A stretch of 64,000 nucleotides of DNA from an uncultured Gemmatimonadales bacterium. Its GTDB lineage: Bacteria; Gemmatimonadota; Gemmatimonadetes; Longimicrobiales; RSA9. Made by a program: the position numbers and the translations under genes. Positions 52,463 to 61,866 of the stretch are shown piece by piece. The notes under the pieces were generated by a model. The model was not told where the DNA came from, ran no database searches, and was given only the letters and a program-made list of their open reading frames with translations. The DNA lies in contig CAWAMW010000016.1 in NCBI GenBank assembly GCA_963783305.1, forward strand, positions 352,001 to 416,000. The letters are read 5' to 3'. Position 1 is the stretch's first letter, and each line of letters starts with the position of its first letter.

Positions 52463-54928
52463 TCAGTCGTGGCCGCCGATGGGGCTCCCCGGCGGCGATG
52501 GGAGCGGACGCGGGGCGTCCCACGCGTCCGCCGGGCGATCCAGAAAGCGCTGGATATCCGCGGCCAGCCGCACCGCGTGGGCCTGGCTCATCTCGTCGGG
52601 GTGCCGGCGCATTGCGGCCAGCCGCTCATGCAGGGACCGGAGGCGCAGCTCCGCCACGGCCCGGACCTGCGGCATCGCGGCCGCGGCGGCGAGGCTCATG
52701 AGCTCTCGCACCACCACGTCCTCCACCACCCGTTTCACTTCCGCTTCATAGCCATTGGCGACCGGAGCGCCGAAGGTAGCCGCCTCGAGGCGGTCCAGCG
52801 CCTCGCCGAGCCCGGGCATCCCTGGCTCCAGCGCCGCCTGCTCCACCAGCCGCGCCGCCCGCTCCGGGTGCAGGATCATGGCCACGGTCATCTCGGCGGC
52901 CACCGCCGCGGGGGAGATCGGGTCGAACGTGATGCCGGTGAACCGATCGAAGAGCTCGCGATGCGAGGGATAGCCGTAGGGCCGGGGCGGGATCACGGCC
53001 AGGAGGTCCCGGGGCAGAGTGAGTGCGGCCGGCCGAAGCGTCTCCAGCAACGCGTCCAGCGCCCGGAGCTGATCGGCGGCGGGCACCCGCTGGAGCGGCA
53101 CCTGGCCATCGCCGCGAAGCGCGTACGTATAGGTCATCCCGCCCAGCACCTTGGCGGTGGCCTCGACCTGATAACGGTGGTGCAGGTAGAGCGGGACCAG
53201 CGCCTCCTCCAGCGTTGCAAGCGGCGCCCCCATGCGGATCGCGCCTTCGCCGAACCGCTCCAGCGCCGCCGCTCTCACGCCCATCATCCGACGCAGCTCG
53301 GCGGCCGCGTCGGCGCCATTGTCCCAGAGGTGGGCTCGAGGGTGGGCGCTCCCGAGCGGCCGGGCGTCCTGGTCGCTCAGAAAGACGAGCCCTCGGCTGC
53401 GGGCCTGGTCAATAACCGCCTCGAGCGCCGCGTCCTCGTCCGTGCCCTCCGGGAAATCCGTATAGCCGTATGTGATGGCTGCCTTGTCCCACTCCCCGAT
53501 ACCGGTGTCGTATGCGTCGGAGAGGTCGATCGTGCCGTCCGGCCGCAGGCGCGCCACGGGGTGCGGGTAGTCCATGACCGAAGCCTGGTCCGATGCACTG
53601 GCCACGTAGTTGTGTGCGAGTCCGAGCGTGTGCCCTACCTCGTGCGCCGAGAGCTGTCGGATCCGCGCCAGCGCCATCTCGGCCATGTCGGTCGGGGTGC
53701 TGACCCCTTCCTCGTACGGGGACAGCAACCCCTCCGCCAGCAGGTAGTCCTGTCGCACCCGCAGCGAGCCCAGAAGCACGTGCCCCTTGATGATCTCACC
53801 CGTACGGGGATCTGTGACCGAGCTACCGTAGCTCCAACCGCGCGTCGACCGGTGCACCCAGTTGATGACGTTGTATCGGACGTCGAGCGGATCGGCGCTG
53901 TCCGGGAGGACCTCCACCCGGAACGCATCCCTGTAGCCGGCCGCCTCGAACGCCTGGTTCCACCAGCGGGCGCCCTCGAGGAGTGCCGAGCGCACGGGCT
54001 CCGGAGCCCCGGGATCCAGGTAGTAGACGATCGGCTCCACCGGCTCGCTCATCGCCGCGGCCGGGTCCTTCTTTTCCAGTCGGTGCCGTGCGATCCAGCG
54101 TCGCTCCATGGGCTCCCCCAGGGGTGCGGCGTAGTCGAGCCACGATACGCCGAAATAGCCCGCGCGCGGGTCCAGCTCACGGGGCTCGTAGCCGGGGGGC
54201 GGCGAAGCGACGAAGGAATGCCGCTGCCGCACCGTCACCGCCTCGGCGCTGGGTGTGACCGATCGGATCTCGCCGCCCGCCGGGTCGCCCTCGAAGGTGA
54301 GCACCACCTCCACCTCGGTATTTCGGGGGAACGCCCGTGTATTCTCGCCGTGGACTGCGCTGCGGCTCCGGTCCACCTTGTAGGTACCCTGGCCGCCGCG
54401 CCGCAGCCGCTCGGCCACGCCGTGGACGTCACGGAGCACGAAGTCGGTGGCGTCCACCAGCAGCCGACCCTCCGACTCGGCGACGATCTCGAACCCCCAC
54501 AGCACCGAGCGCGCGAACGCGTCCTCCACCGCCCGCCGCTCGGCGGCGTTGTCCGTCACGGCACGGAACGCGTAGTTGGGCTCGGTCAGCAAGAGCTTCC
54601 CGTCCGCGCGTTCGAAGAACACGACCCGGGTCCGCCCGAGCTGGTTCCGATCGAGCCCGATGTCGTTCGAACCGATCCCGGCCGCCAGCGAGTGGACGTA
54701 CAGGAACTCGATGTCGGTCTCCGGGACCTCGAGCCACAGCTTCCCCTCGTCCTCGTCCCGGTAGAAGGGGAGGAATCCGTCGTGGCGCTCCAGCCCAGCG
54801 GTCTTCGAGGCGATGCTCGGCAGTGTGCTCCCCGGGGCCGGAGCCGCGGGTGCGCCTCCGCCCGCGCCGGTGGCACAGCCGGTGGACACGGCGAGGATCA
54901 GAGCGGGCAGGAGCTGGAGGCGTCGCAT
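52463..54928 (-). CDS. Zinc-dependent metalloprotease lipoprotein (DUF5117/DUF5118/EcxA-type)
   Basis: PIVYYLDP, WNQAFEAAG, DVRYNVI, DPRTGEI, HEVGHTLGLAHN, SVMDYP. Confidence 0.92.
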   Translation of the reverse strand: MRRLQLLPALILAVSTGCATGAGGGAPAAPAPGSTLPSIASKTAGLERHDGFLPFYRDEDEGKLWLEVPETDIEFLYVHSLAAGIGSNDIGLDRNQLGRTRVVFFERADGKLLLTEPNYAFRAVTDNAAERRAVEDAFARSVLWGFEIVAESEGRLLVDATDFVLRDVHGVAERLRRGGQGTYKVDRSRSAVHGENTRAFPRNTEVEVVLTFEGDPAGGEIRSVTPSAEAVTVRQRHSFVASPPPGYEPRELDPRAGYFGVSWLDYAAPLGEPMERRWIARHRLEKKDPAAAMSEPVEPIVYYLDPGAPEPVRSALLEGARWWNQAFEAAGYRDAFRVEVLPDSADPLDVRYNVINWVHRSTRGWSYGSSVTDPRTGEIIKGHVLLGSLRVRQDYLLAEGLLSPYEEGVSTPTDMAEMALARIRQLSAHEVGHTLGLAHNYVASASDQASVMDYPHPVARLRPDGTIDLSDAYDTGIGEWDKAAITYGYTDFPEGTDEDAALEAVIDQARSRGLVFLSDQDARPLGSAHPRAHLWDNGADAAAELRRMMGVRAAALERFGEGAIRMGAPLATLEEALVPLYLHHRYQVEATAKVLGGMTYTYALRGDGQVPLQRVPAADQLRALDALLETLRPAALTLPRDLLAVIPPRPYGYPSHRELFDRFTGITFDPISPAAVAAEMTVAMILHPERAARLVEQAALEPGMPGLGEALDRLEAATFGAPVANGYEAEVKRVVEDVVVRELMSLAAAAAMPQVRAVAELRLRSLHERLAAMRRHPDEMSQAHAVRLAADIQRFLDRPADAWDAPRPLPSPPGSPIGGHD

Positions 54929-55086
54929 AGGTCGTCTGGTGTGGGTCGGAGATTCGCTGCTCGGAGCCGCGGCTGGGCGGTGAATATGCGATGACGCCCG
55001 AGCCGGCGCCAACCGCCGGCCGTGCTTAGCGGTGGCGGGCTCCTTGCGCGTTGGCGGGGAGACGCCAACAAGGAGCCGCCAGAGCG

Positions 55087-56136
55087 ATGTCCGACTTCTC
55101 ACTGCCGATCACGCCGCCTCTCCCGCCCATGGAGGCCCGTTCCACCGACACGGTGCCGGTGGAAGGCGACTGGCTGTACGAACCGAAGTGGGATGGCTTT
55201 CGCTGTATCGTGTTCCGGGACCACTCGGCCGTGGAGCTGCAGTCGAAATCGTCGAAATCGCTCACGCGGTATTTCCCGGAGGTCGTGGATGCGGTCCGGT
55301 CGCTGGGCGCCCGGCAGTTCGTCCTCGACTGCGAGCTGCTGGTCCCCGAGGAGGAGGATGTGTCGTTCGATCTCCTCCTGCAGCGCATCCATCCCGCCGA
55401 GAGCCGGGTGCGCCGGCTCTCCACCGAAACGCCGGCATGGCTGATCGCATTCGACCTGCTGGCCCGCGGCTCTACGCGATCCCTGCTGGACTGGCCGCTG
55501 GTGGAGCGCCGCGCCGACCTGGAGGAGTTCGCGGCCGAGTACCTGGACGACTCGGACCGTGTTCATATCACTCCCGCCTCCGACGATCCCACCGTGGCCC
55601 GCGACTGGCTCGACCGGCTGTCGGGTGTGGACGGTGTGATGGCCAAGGACCCGTCGCGTGAGTACGCCAGCGGCTCCCGCGACGCCATGTGGAAGGTGAA
55701 GCGCCGTCGCACCGCCGACTGCGTGGTGGGCGGATTCCGGTATTCCAGGAACAGCGGCATCGGCTCGCTCCTGCTGGGGCTGCACGACGACCAGGGGCTC
55801 CTCCACCACGTGGGCTTCTGCTCCAGCTTCCCCGACGCCGAGCGTGATCGGCTCCTGGACGTGGTCGAGCCGCTCATCGAGGAGCCCGGGTTCACCGGCA
55901 ATGCGCCGGGCGGGCCCAGCCGCTGGTCCACCGAGCGCTCGAGGGAGTGGCAGCCGCTCAGGAACGAGCTGGTCGTGCAGGTCGGCTATGACCATTTCAC
56001 CGGAGGTCGGTTCCGCCACGGCACCGCGCTCGACCGCTGGCGGCCGGACAAGGATCCCCGCCAGTGCACGCTCGACCAGGTGGAGCGGGAAGGGCGGGGC
56101 GCGCTCCGCGTCCTCCGCCACGGGCTCGGGTCCTAG
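55087..56136 (+). CDS. ATP-dependent DNA ligase (LigC-like)
   Basis: PPMEA, YEPKWDGFR, AFDLL, DGVMAK, KVKRRRTADCVVGGFR, GSLLLGL, RFRHG..RWRPDK. Confidence 0.93.
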   Translation: MSDFSLPITPPLPPMEARSTDTVPVEGDWLYEPKWDGFRCIVFRDHSAVELQSKSSKSLTRYFPEVVDAVRSLGARQFVLDCELLVPEEEDVSFDLLLQRIHPAESRVRRLSTETPAWLIAFDLLARGSTRSLLDWPLVERRADLEEFAAEYLDDSDRVHITPASDDPTVARDWLDRLSGVDGVMAKDPSREYASGSRDAMWKVKRRRTADCVVGGFRYSRNSGIGSLLLGLHDDQGLLHHVGFCSSFPDAERDRLLDVVEPLIEEPGFTGNAPGGPSRWSTERSREWQPLRNELVVQVGYDHFTGGRFRHGTALDRWRPDKDPRQCTLDQVEREGRGALRVLRHGLGS

Positions 56137-56822
56137 AACCGGACTCCGACCCGCAGCTCGGCGGCCGCAGAAGGGAAGGGGGCGAGTCCGAGGTCCCCGT
56201 CGAAGCCGTCCACGGACGCGGCGAGGCCCAAAGTGAAGCCTCCCACGGCCGCCACCACGCCACCTTCCACGCCCAGCGCGAGCCCGCTGGCCGTCACGTC
56301 CACGTCCATGATCGTCCCCGTGGTCCGGGCGCCAAGTCCCCGAACTTCCGCGTACGGGCGGCTCCGGATCCCGCCGATGGAGAGCGGCCGGACCAACCGG
56401 AGCCCCAGCCCGCCGGCCAGTACCGTCGAGGCGTCCGCCCCCGGGGCCAGCCGCGCGGCGCCCGCATGGCCGGTGGCGCACACCGTCAGACCGAGGGCGG
56501 AAAGCGGCAGCGGCACCGCTGCCGTGGCCCGCCCGATGTCCGGATCGGGACCGTCCAGTTGCATCCGTCGGTAGCCCACGCGGAGCGAAACGGGGCCGGG
56601 AGCCAGGGTCCCGTGTACGCCCACGGTCGGACCCGTCAGTCCACCCGCAGCGTCATACGAGGCCATGCCGATGGCGGCCTCCACGCCCGTCCCGGAGGCG
56701 ATTCCGCAGCTCTGCGCCCACAGCGGTGAGCCGCCCCCCGTCAGTCCGAGCAGCGCCGCCGTGACTACCGCGGCGGCGGCAGTCCTCCCTGTGTGTCCGG
56801 GCCCACCCGTCCCCCCGCTCAT
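56133..56822 (-). CDS. Putative outer-membrane beta-barrel protein
   Basis: Signal peptide, amphipathic beta-strands, C-terminal ELRVGVRF. Confidence 0.6.
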   Translation of the reverse strand: MSGGTGGPGHTGRTAAAAVVTAALLGLTGGGSPLWAQSCGIASGTGVEAAIGMASYDAAGGLTGPTVGVHGTLAPGPVSLRVGYRRMQLDGPDPDIGRATAAVPLPLSALGLTVCATGHAGAARLAPGADASTVLAGGLGLRLVRPLSIGGIRSRPYAEVRGLGARTTGTIMDVDVTASGLALGVEGGVVAAVGGFTLGLAASVDGFDGDLGLAPFPSAAAELRVGVRF

Positions 56823-58591
56823 CGGACGCGCACCAGCGAACCGCGGAGCGCCGACCCCGGCGGTGGCCCCCCGGGCCGCGCGCGCAGGACCGCCTGTCCG
56901 TCGCCCGGAATGAAGAACCGCGCGAACGCCGCTCCGCCGGGCAGCAGCTCGAGATGGAGCGGATTGGCGGCCGTCAGCGAGAGCACGCGCAGCGGGTAGT
57001 CATCCCCCTGCTGCGTGCTGGGATAGATTTCGCGAAAGTTCCAGCTGGGCAGCCTGTACGGGGCCGCCGCGGGCAGCAGGTCATCGGTGTATACCGATAC
57101 GGTCCAGTCCTGCATCCAGCTCAGCGCCGCCTCGGCGCCGAGCACGCGGTTTACGTTGTCGAGTCCGGCGTTGCGGGCGTTCACGATATCGAAGAAGAAC
57201 GCGTTGTCGCTCCGCCCGGACCGATCGGCAGCGTAGCGCAGGAAGGACCAACTGGCGCCGCGTGTGGCCAGATTGTCGATTCCCATGAGCGATGCCGTAT
57301 CCGGCTGCTCGAGGTATCGCCGGAAGTTGCCTGCGTTCCCCGCCATGTAGCGGTTGAACGCGTCGACGCCGTTCGGACGGGCGATGATGTCGTCGGCTGT
57401 GAGGTTCATCGCCGGCTCCAGGCCGGCCACCTCATAGAAGAGCAGCTCTTCCGTGATATGGCTCAGCCCCTCGTTCAGCCACGGCTCCTCGAACGCCATG
57501 GCGTCGTTTACGAACAGCCGACGGGAGGCGTTCACCAGGTGCTGAAGCTCGTGCCCGATCAGAGGGAGCGAGCGCTGCCGCACGTCCGCGCTGGTGAACG
57601 TGAGCCCCACCCTCCCGAACGGGTCCGGCGAGATGAGATAGACGATCTCCGCCTGGTTCGCGGCGGGACACGCCTCCAGCCGATCCGTCCCAACCTCAGG
57701 GAACAGGTCCCCTGACCAGAAGAAGCCGAGCGTCACGGTGCTGGCCCCTCGGGCGGTCAGCTCGTTCACCGCGCGTGTGAAAAAGAGGATCACCCGGCCA
57801 TTCCCATCGATGTCCTCCGGCACGCCCATATGGTCGGTGACCACGGGGTACACGAGCGTGTCGAAAGCGGCGCCCATCTCGAGATACTCGAACGACGTGA
57901 ACCCTCCCGGGTTGCCCGTATCCGCGACGATCACGGCGTGGTCGGAGACAGACATGACGCGGCCGGTCCGGATGTCCTCCGTCGAGCAGCTGATGGATAC
58001 ATTGAAGTCGAGCAGTTCACCCGGTGTGGGCACGTCCGCGGCGGCCGCCGCCATGGTGTGGGCGGCGGACGGGACCAGCGCGCCGGCCGCACCCCCGCGG
58101 ATCCGGGGAGTGAGCTCCCTGATCTCTCGCCGGCGCAGCCAGGCTTCGAAGCCGGTGTCCGGGATCCACTGCTCGCCCGCGACCCCGCCAAGCGCCAGCC
58201 TGCCGCCGATGCCGCCCTCCAGGCCGCCGGGAGACCCGCTTTCCCGGACGCCGGCGAGAAGGGGTCCACCGGGCTCGGCCAGCGCGCTGGATGGGCCGCC
58301 CGTCGATCCGGTGATCTCGAGGTCCAGCGGGAGCGAGACGCTGGCGTCGTCGTCCCCCGGAGCTCTCGTGCCGAAGAACGGGATGTAGAGGAACTCCGCG
58401 GTGCTCGCACCCCCGGAATCGAGGCAGAGGGTCTGATTCTCGGGGCCGCTGAGTTGGCGTACTTCCGCCACATTCAGCGGGGCGCCGTCCCCATAGACGC
58501 AGGAGAGGAGCGTGCCCGCGGGGCCGTTCACATCGGTGCCACACCCCCACAGGAGGAGGGGGGCGAGGAGGAGCGTGCGTTTCATGGTCAT
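56819..58591 (-). CDS. Lipoprotein with zinc-metallopeptidase motif (M30-like)
   Basis: Lipobox LWGC, DIDGNGRV, GFFWSGDL, HELQHLVN, WLNEGLSH. Confidence 0.8.
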   Translation of the reverse strand: MTMKRTLLLAPLLLWGCGTDVNGPAGTLLSCVYGDGAPLNVAEVRQLSGPENQTLCLDSGGASTAEFLYIPFFGTRAPGDDDASVSLPLDLEITGSTGGPSSALAEPGGPLLAGVRESGSPGGLEGGIGGRLALGGVAGEQWIPDTGFEAWLRRREIRELTPRIRGGAAGALVPSAAHTMAAAAADVPTPGELLDFNVSISCSTEDIRTGRVMSVSDHAVIVADTGNPGGFTSFEYLEMGAAFDTLVYPVVTDHMGVPEDIDGNGRVILFFTRAVNELTARGASTVTLGFFWSGDLFPEVGTDRLEACPAANQAEIVYLISPDPFGRVGLTFTSADVRQRSLPLIGHELQHLVNASRRLFVNDAMAFEEPWLNEGLSHITEELLFYEVAGLEPAMNLTADDIIARPNGVDAFNRYMAGNAGNFRRYLEQPDTASLMGIDNLATRGASWSFLRYAADRSGRSDNAFFFDIVNARNAGLDNVNRVLGAEAALSWMQDWTVSVYTDDLLPAAAPYRLPSWNFREIYPSTQQGDDYPLRVLSLTAANPLHLELLPGGAAFARFFIPGDGQAVLRARPGGPPPGSALRGSLVRVR

Positions 58592-58690
58592 CCCAGCGGG
58601 GGCGGCCCGGCGCGATCTCTCGGGCCGGGCCGCCATGTGCATGCCAGCGCTGGTGAAAAATAGCCGCGAGAGGCCGCGGCGGCCAGCGGG

Positions 58691-59515
58691 CTACCGTCGA
58701 ACGACGACGCCGCCGTTGGTGGTGGTCGCCCGGATCAGCGGGCCACCGTCCCCGATCCGAGTGCGGATCCGGCGATCGATCCGGCCCTGCACCGTCACCG
58801 GGATGTCCAGGCGCATGCCGCCGTTCACGGTGCCGAACTCGAGCTCGGCCGAGTAATCGTCGGGGACGGCGATCTCCACACCACCATTGGTCGTCTCGAG
58901 GTCCACGCCACCACCCTGCCAGGTGCGGCCCGTGAGCTCCAGGTGCAGCCCGCCGTTCGTGGTCTCTCCCCGGACACGCCCCGCTCCGCCGGAAAGGTGG
59001 ATGCCGCCGTTCGTGGTGCGCGCCGCGACCTCGCCCGTGAGGTCGGCCAGGCGGATCCCGCCATTGCTCGCATCCAGTCGGAGCGCCGTCGCACGGGGCA
59101 CCATGAGCTCGAAGCTCGCCGACCAGTGGTCCCGGTCTCGGCTGTGGGGACCCCTCGCCTCGATGGTCGAGCCCGTCAGGATCTCCACCGCACGCGCGAG
59201 ATCCTGCGGATCGCCGTTCCGGCTGCTCGCGTTGATCCGGACGACGAGCCGGATCTCGTCCTGGTCCCAGCCTGTCACCACGATTCCGCCATTCTGCCCC
59301 GCGTCCACCGCGAGATCGGGCCGCGCTTCGAGGCTATACTCCCGCTCCTCGCAGTACTGGTCGCGGTCGTCGCTGTTCCATTGGCAGTTCGTGTCCTCAT
59401 CGACCCGGATCGGGGCCGCCTGCGCCGTGACCGCCGTGGCGGAGAGCGTGGTGAGGAGGAGAGCGGTGGCCATGAGTAGCCCCGCGAATGCCGATCCCCG
59501 AATCCGTCCCGTCAT
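58691..59515 (-). CDS. DUF4097 family beta-strand repeat protein
   Basis: Signal peptide and repeated TTNGG(I/V/L) motifs. Confidence 0.88.
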   Translation of the reverse strand: MTGRIRGSAFAGLLMATALLLTTLSATAVTAQAAPIRVDEDTNCQWNSDDRDQYCEEREYSLEARPDLAVDAGQNGGIVVTGWDQDEIRLVVRINASSRNGDPQDLARAVEILTGSTIEARGPHSRDRDHWSASFELMVPRATALRLDASNGGIRLADLTGEVAARTTNGGIHLSGGAGRVRGETTNGGLHLELTGRTWQGGGVDLETTNGGVEIAVPDDYSAELEFGTVNGGMRLDIPVTVQGRIDRRIRTRIGDGGPLIRATTTNGGVVVRR

Positions 59516-59599
59516 CGATCTACCCCGTTGCAGGTGGTGCAGGTGGTCTACAGGGGGTTGGACGGCCGCCGGGCTGGAAAGGTTGGAACGCCGGTCGGA

Positions 59600-60838
59600 C
59601 TAGTCGTGGCTCAGGAGCCGCTGGAGCTCTTCTGGCGACAGGTCGGCGGCGCTGCGGGAGCCGAGGCGGCCACCCGCGCGGTTGGACTTGCCGGCCGCCT
59701 GCTTGACCTCGGCCGGGGCCCCGGCGTAATCGAATCCCTCGAGCGATATCCGGGGCAGCGGATAGCCGAGCACGCGCTCGATCGACCGGACCTGTCCCAG
59801 GTCGGCGGCCGTCATGAACGTGATGGCATCACCCGCCGCGCCCGCCCGGCCGGTCCGGCCGATCCGATGCACGTAGTCGTCCGGGTCCTGCGGCACGTCG
59901 TAATTGATGACGTGGCTGATCCCCTCGATGTCGAGTCCGCGCTGCGCCACGTCCGTGGCCACCAGCACCTGGACGTGACCCTCCGCGAAACTCTCCATGG
60001 CGCTGCCACGCTGCTTCATGTTGCGGTCGCCGTGGATCACGTTCACCGCCATGCCCGACGAGCGCAGGCGGTGGTAGAGGAGGTCGGCGCCACGCTTGGT
60101 GCGCGTGAAGATCAGGACCTGGTCCATATCCGGGTCCTGCATCAGCTCCACCAGCAGGTCCACCTTCCGGTCCGGCCGCACCGAGTAGACCACCTGCTCG
60201 ACCGTCTCGGCCGCGGAGACGTCCGGGGACACCTCCACCCAGACCGGGTCCTTCTGGATCCGCGTGGCCAGCGCGTGCACCCCGTTCGGCATGGTCGCGC
60301 TGAACAGGAGCGTCTGCCGCTCCTTCGGCATCCGGACCAGCAGCTGCTCGAGCTGGGGCCGGAACCCCATGTCCAGCATGCGGTCTGCCTCGTCCAGGAT
60401 CAGGACATCGACCTCCGACAGATCGGCGTGCCCCTTCTCACACAGGTCGATCAGGCGACCCGGCGTGGCCACCAGCACCTCGAACCCCGCACGCAGGTCC
60501 CGGATCTGCGGCTCGTACGCCACACCCCCGTACACCTCGCCCACGTACATGTCCATGTACTTGGTCAGCTCACGGGCGTCCTCCGCCACCTGCTGCGCCA
60601 GCTCCCGTGTCGGGCATAGCACCAGCGTACGCAGTCCCTCGCGGCCCACCTGCCGCTCCAGCGTCGGGATCAGGAACCCGCCCGTCTTGCCGGTCCCCGT
60701 CTGGGCAATGCCCACGACATCACGACCCTCACGGGCCGGGGGGATCCCCTTGACCTGGATGGGCGTAGGAAGGGTCCAGCCGAGATCGGCAATGGCCTTG
60801 AGAACGGCGCTCGACGAGGTGAGCTCCTCGAACGACAT
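59600..60838 (-). CDS. DEAD-box RNA helicase (RhlE-like)
   Basis: PTPIQ, AQTGTGKT, PTRELA, TPGRL, DEAD, SAT, HRIGRTGR. Confidence 0.95.
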   Translation of the reverse strand: MSFEELTSSSAVLKAIADLGWTLPTPIQVKGIPPAREGRDVVGIAQTGTGKTGGFLIPTLERQVGREGLRTLVLCPTRELAQQVAEDARELTKYMDMYVGEVYGGVAYEPQIRDLRAGFEVLVATPGRLIDLCEKGHADLSEVDVLILDEADRMLDMGFRPQLEQLLVRMPKERQTLLFSATMPNGVHALATRIQKDPVWVEVSPDVSAAETVEQVVYSVRPDRKVDLLVELMQDPDMDQVLIFTRTKRGADLLYHRLRSSGMAVNVIHGDRNMKQRGSAMESFAEGHVQVLVATDVAQRGLDIEGISHVINYDVPQDPDDYVHRIGRTGRAGAAGDAITFMTAADLGQVRSIERVLGYPLPRISLEGFDYAGAPAEVKQAAGKSNRAGGRLGSRSAADLSPEELQRLLSHD

Positions 60839-60884
60839 GGATGAGACTTCCGAGCTGTCGGTAGGAATACGCGAACTCGCCAGC

Positions 60885-61082
60885 CTAACGATTGCGGCGG
60901 CGACGGGCCCGGGCGTTGCGACGACGGGCGGCCGCAGCCTTCCGCTTCTTCGCTTCGCTCGGCTTCTCGTAGAACCGCTTCTTCTTCATGTCCTTGAACC
61001 GTCCGGACCTGAGCATCTTCCGACGGAACTTCTTGAGCGCCCAGTCCAGGCGGTCGTTCTCGCTGAGTACGACCTCGACCAT
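60885..61082 (-). CDS. rpsU: 30S ribosomal protein S21
   Basis: LDWALKKFRRK...KKRFYEKPSEAKKRK; RBS AAGGGAG. Confidence 0.95.
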   Translation of the reverse strand: MVEVVLSENDRLDWALKKFRRKMLRSGRFKDMKKKRFYEKPSEAKKRKAAAARRRNARARRRRNR

Positions 61083-61117
61083 GTTCTCTCCCTTATTCGT
61101 GGTACGAAAAGCTCACC

Positions 61118-61146
61118 AAGATACCGAGAATGGCGGGGCCTGTCAA
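61118..61146 (-). promoter_or_regulatory. Putative sigma70 promoter of rpsU
   Basis: Minus strand: TTGACA (61146-61141), 17 bp, TATCTT (61123-61118). Confidence 0.7.
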
Positions 61147-61194
61147 AGCCGGGCCTCTCGGTCATGAGGTAGTACGGGCAACACGCGTTCCGTC

Positions 61195-61454
61195 GGGTGG
61201 CTCGGCTGCGCCTCGCAGGGTGGCTCGGCTGTCGCCTCGCAGGGTGGCTCGGCTGCGCCTCGCAGGGTGGCTCGGCTGTCGCCTCGCAGGGTGGCTCGGC
61301 TGCGCCTCGCAGGGTGGCTCGGCTGTCGCCTCGCAGGGTGGCTCGGCTGCGCCTCGCAGGGTGGCTCGGCTGTCGCCTCGCAGGGTGGCTCGGCTGTCGC
61401 CTCGCAGGGTGGCTCGGCTGTCGCCTCGCAGGGTGGCTCGGCTGTCGCCTCGCA
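61195..61454 (-). repeat. Minisatellite array 1: 11 units of GGGTGGCTCGGCTG(T)CGCCTCGCA (23/24 bp)
   Basis: Counted directly; unit order ABABABABBBB. Confidence 0.95.
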
Positions 61455-61546
61455 GGAACACCGCTGGCCGGTCCGGAGAACGCCCGCGGCAATACCCGTC
61501 ACCTCCACCACCTTGGTTCCGCGGGCCCAGGACGAGCCGGCTCCTC

Positions 61547-61786
61547 TGCGAGCGCCAGCGAGCCATACTGCGAGCGCAGCGAGCCACCCTGCGAGCGCAG
61601 CGAGCCACCCTGCGAGCGCCAGCGAGCCACCCTGCGAGCGCCAGCGAGCCACCCTGCGAGCGTCAGCGAGCCACCCTGCGAGCGTCAGCGAGCCACCCTG
61701 CGAGCGTCAGCGAGCCACCCTGCGAGGCGCAGCCGAGCCACCCTGCGAGCGTCAGCGAGCCACCCTGCGAGCGCAGCGAGCCACCC
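61547..61786 (+). repeat. Minisatellite array 2 (inverted relative to array 1): 11 units of TGCGAGCG(Y)CAGCGAGCCACCC (21-23 bp)
   Basis: Counted directly; unit 9 (61721-61743) is the exact reverse complement of array-1 unit A. Confidence 0.95.
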
Positions 61787-61794
61787 CCGCCTCT

Positions 61795-61823
61795 TTGTCG
61801 CCCCCGCCCCCCACCATTATCTT
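61795..61823 (+). promoter_or_regulatory. Putative sigma70 promoter of yebC-ruvC-ruvA
   Basis: TTGTCG (61795-61800), 17 bp, TATCTT (61818-61823). Confidence 0.55.
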
Positions 61824-61866
61824 GCACCGTTGGTTGCGCGACGTGCAGCGGATCGGACGGAGGCGT

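Noticed and set aside
61195..61786. CRISPR array
   Set aside because: Units are directly adjacent with no unique spacers, and there are no cas genes in the window.
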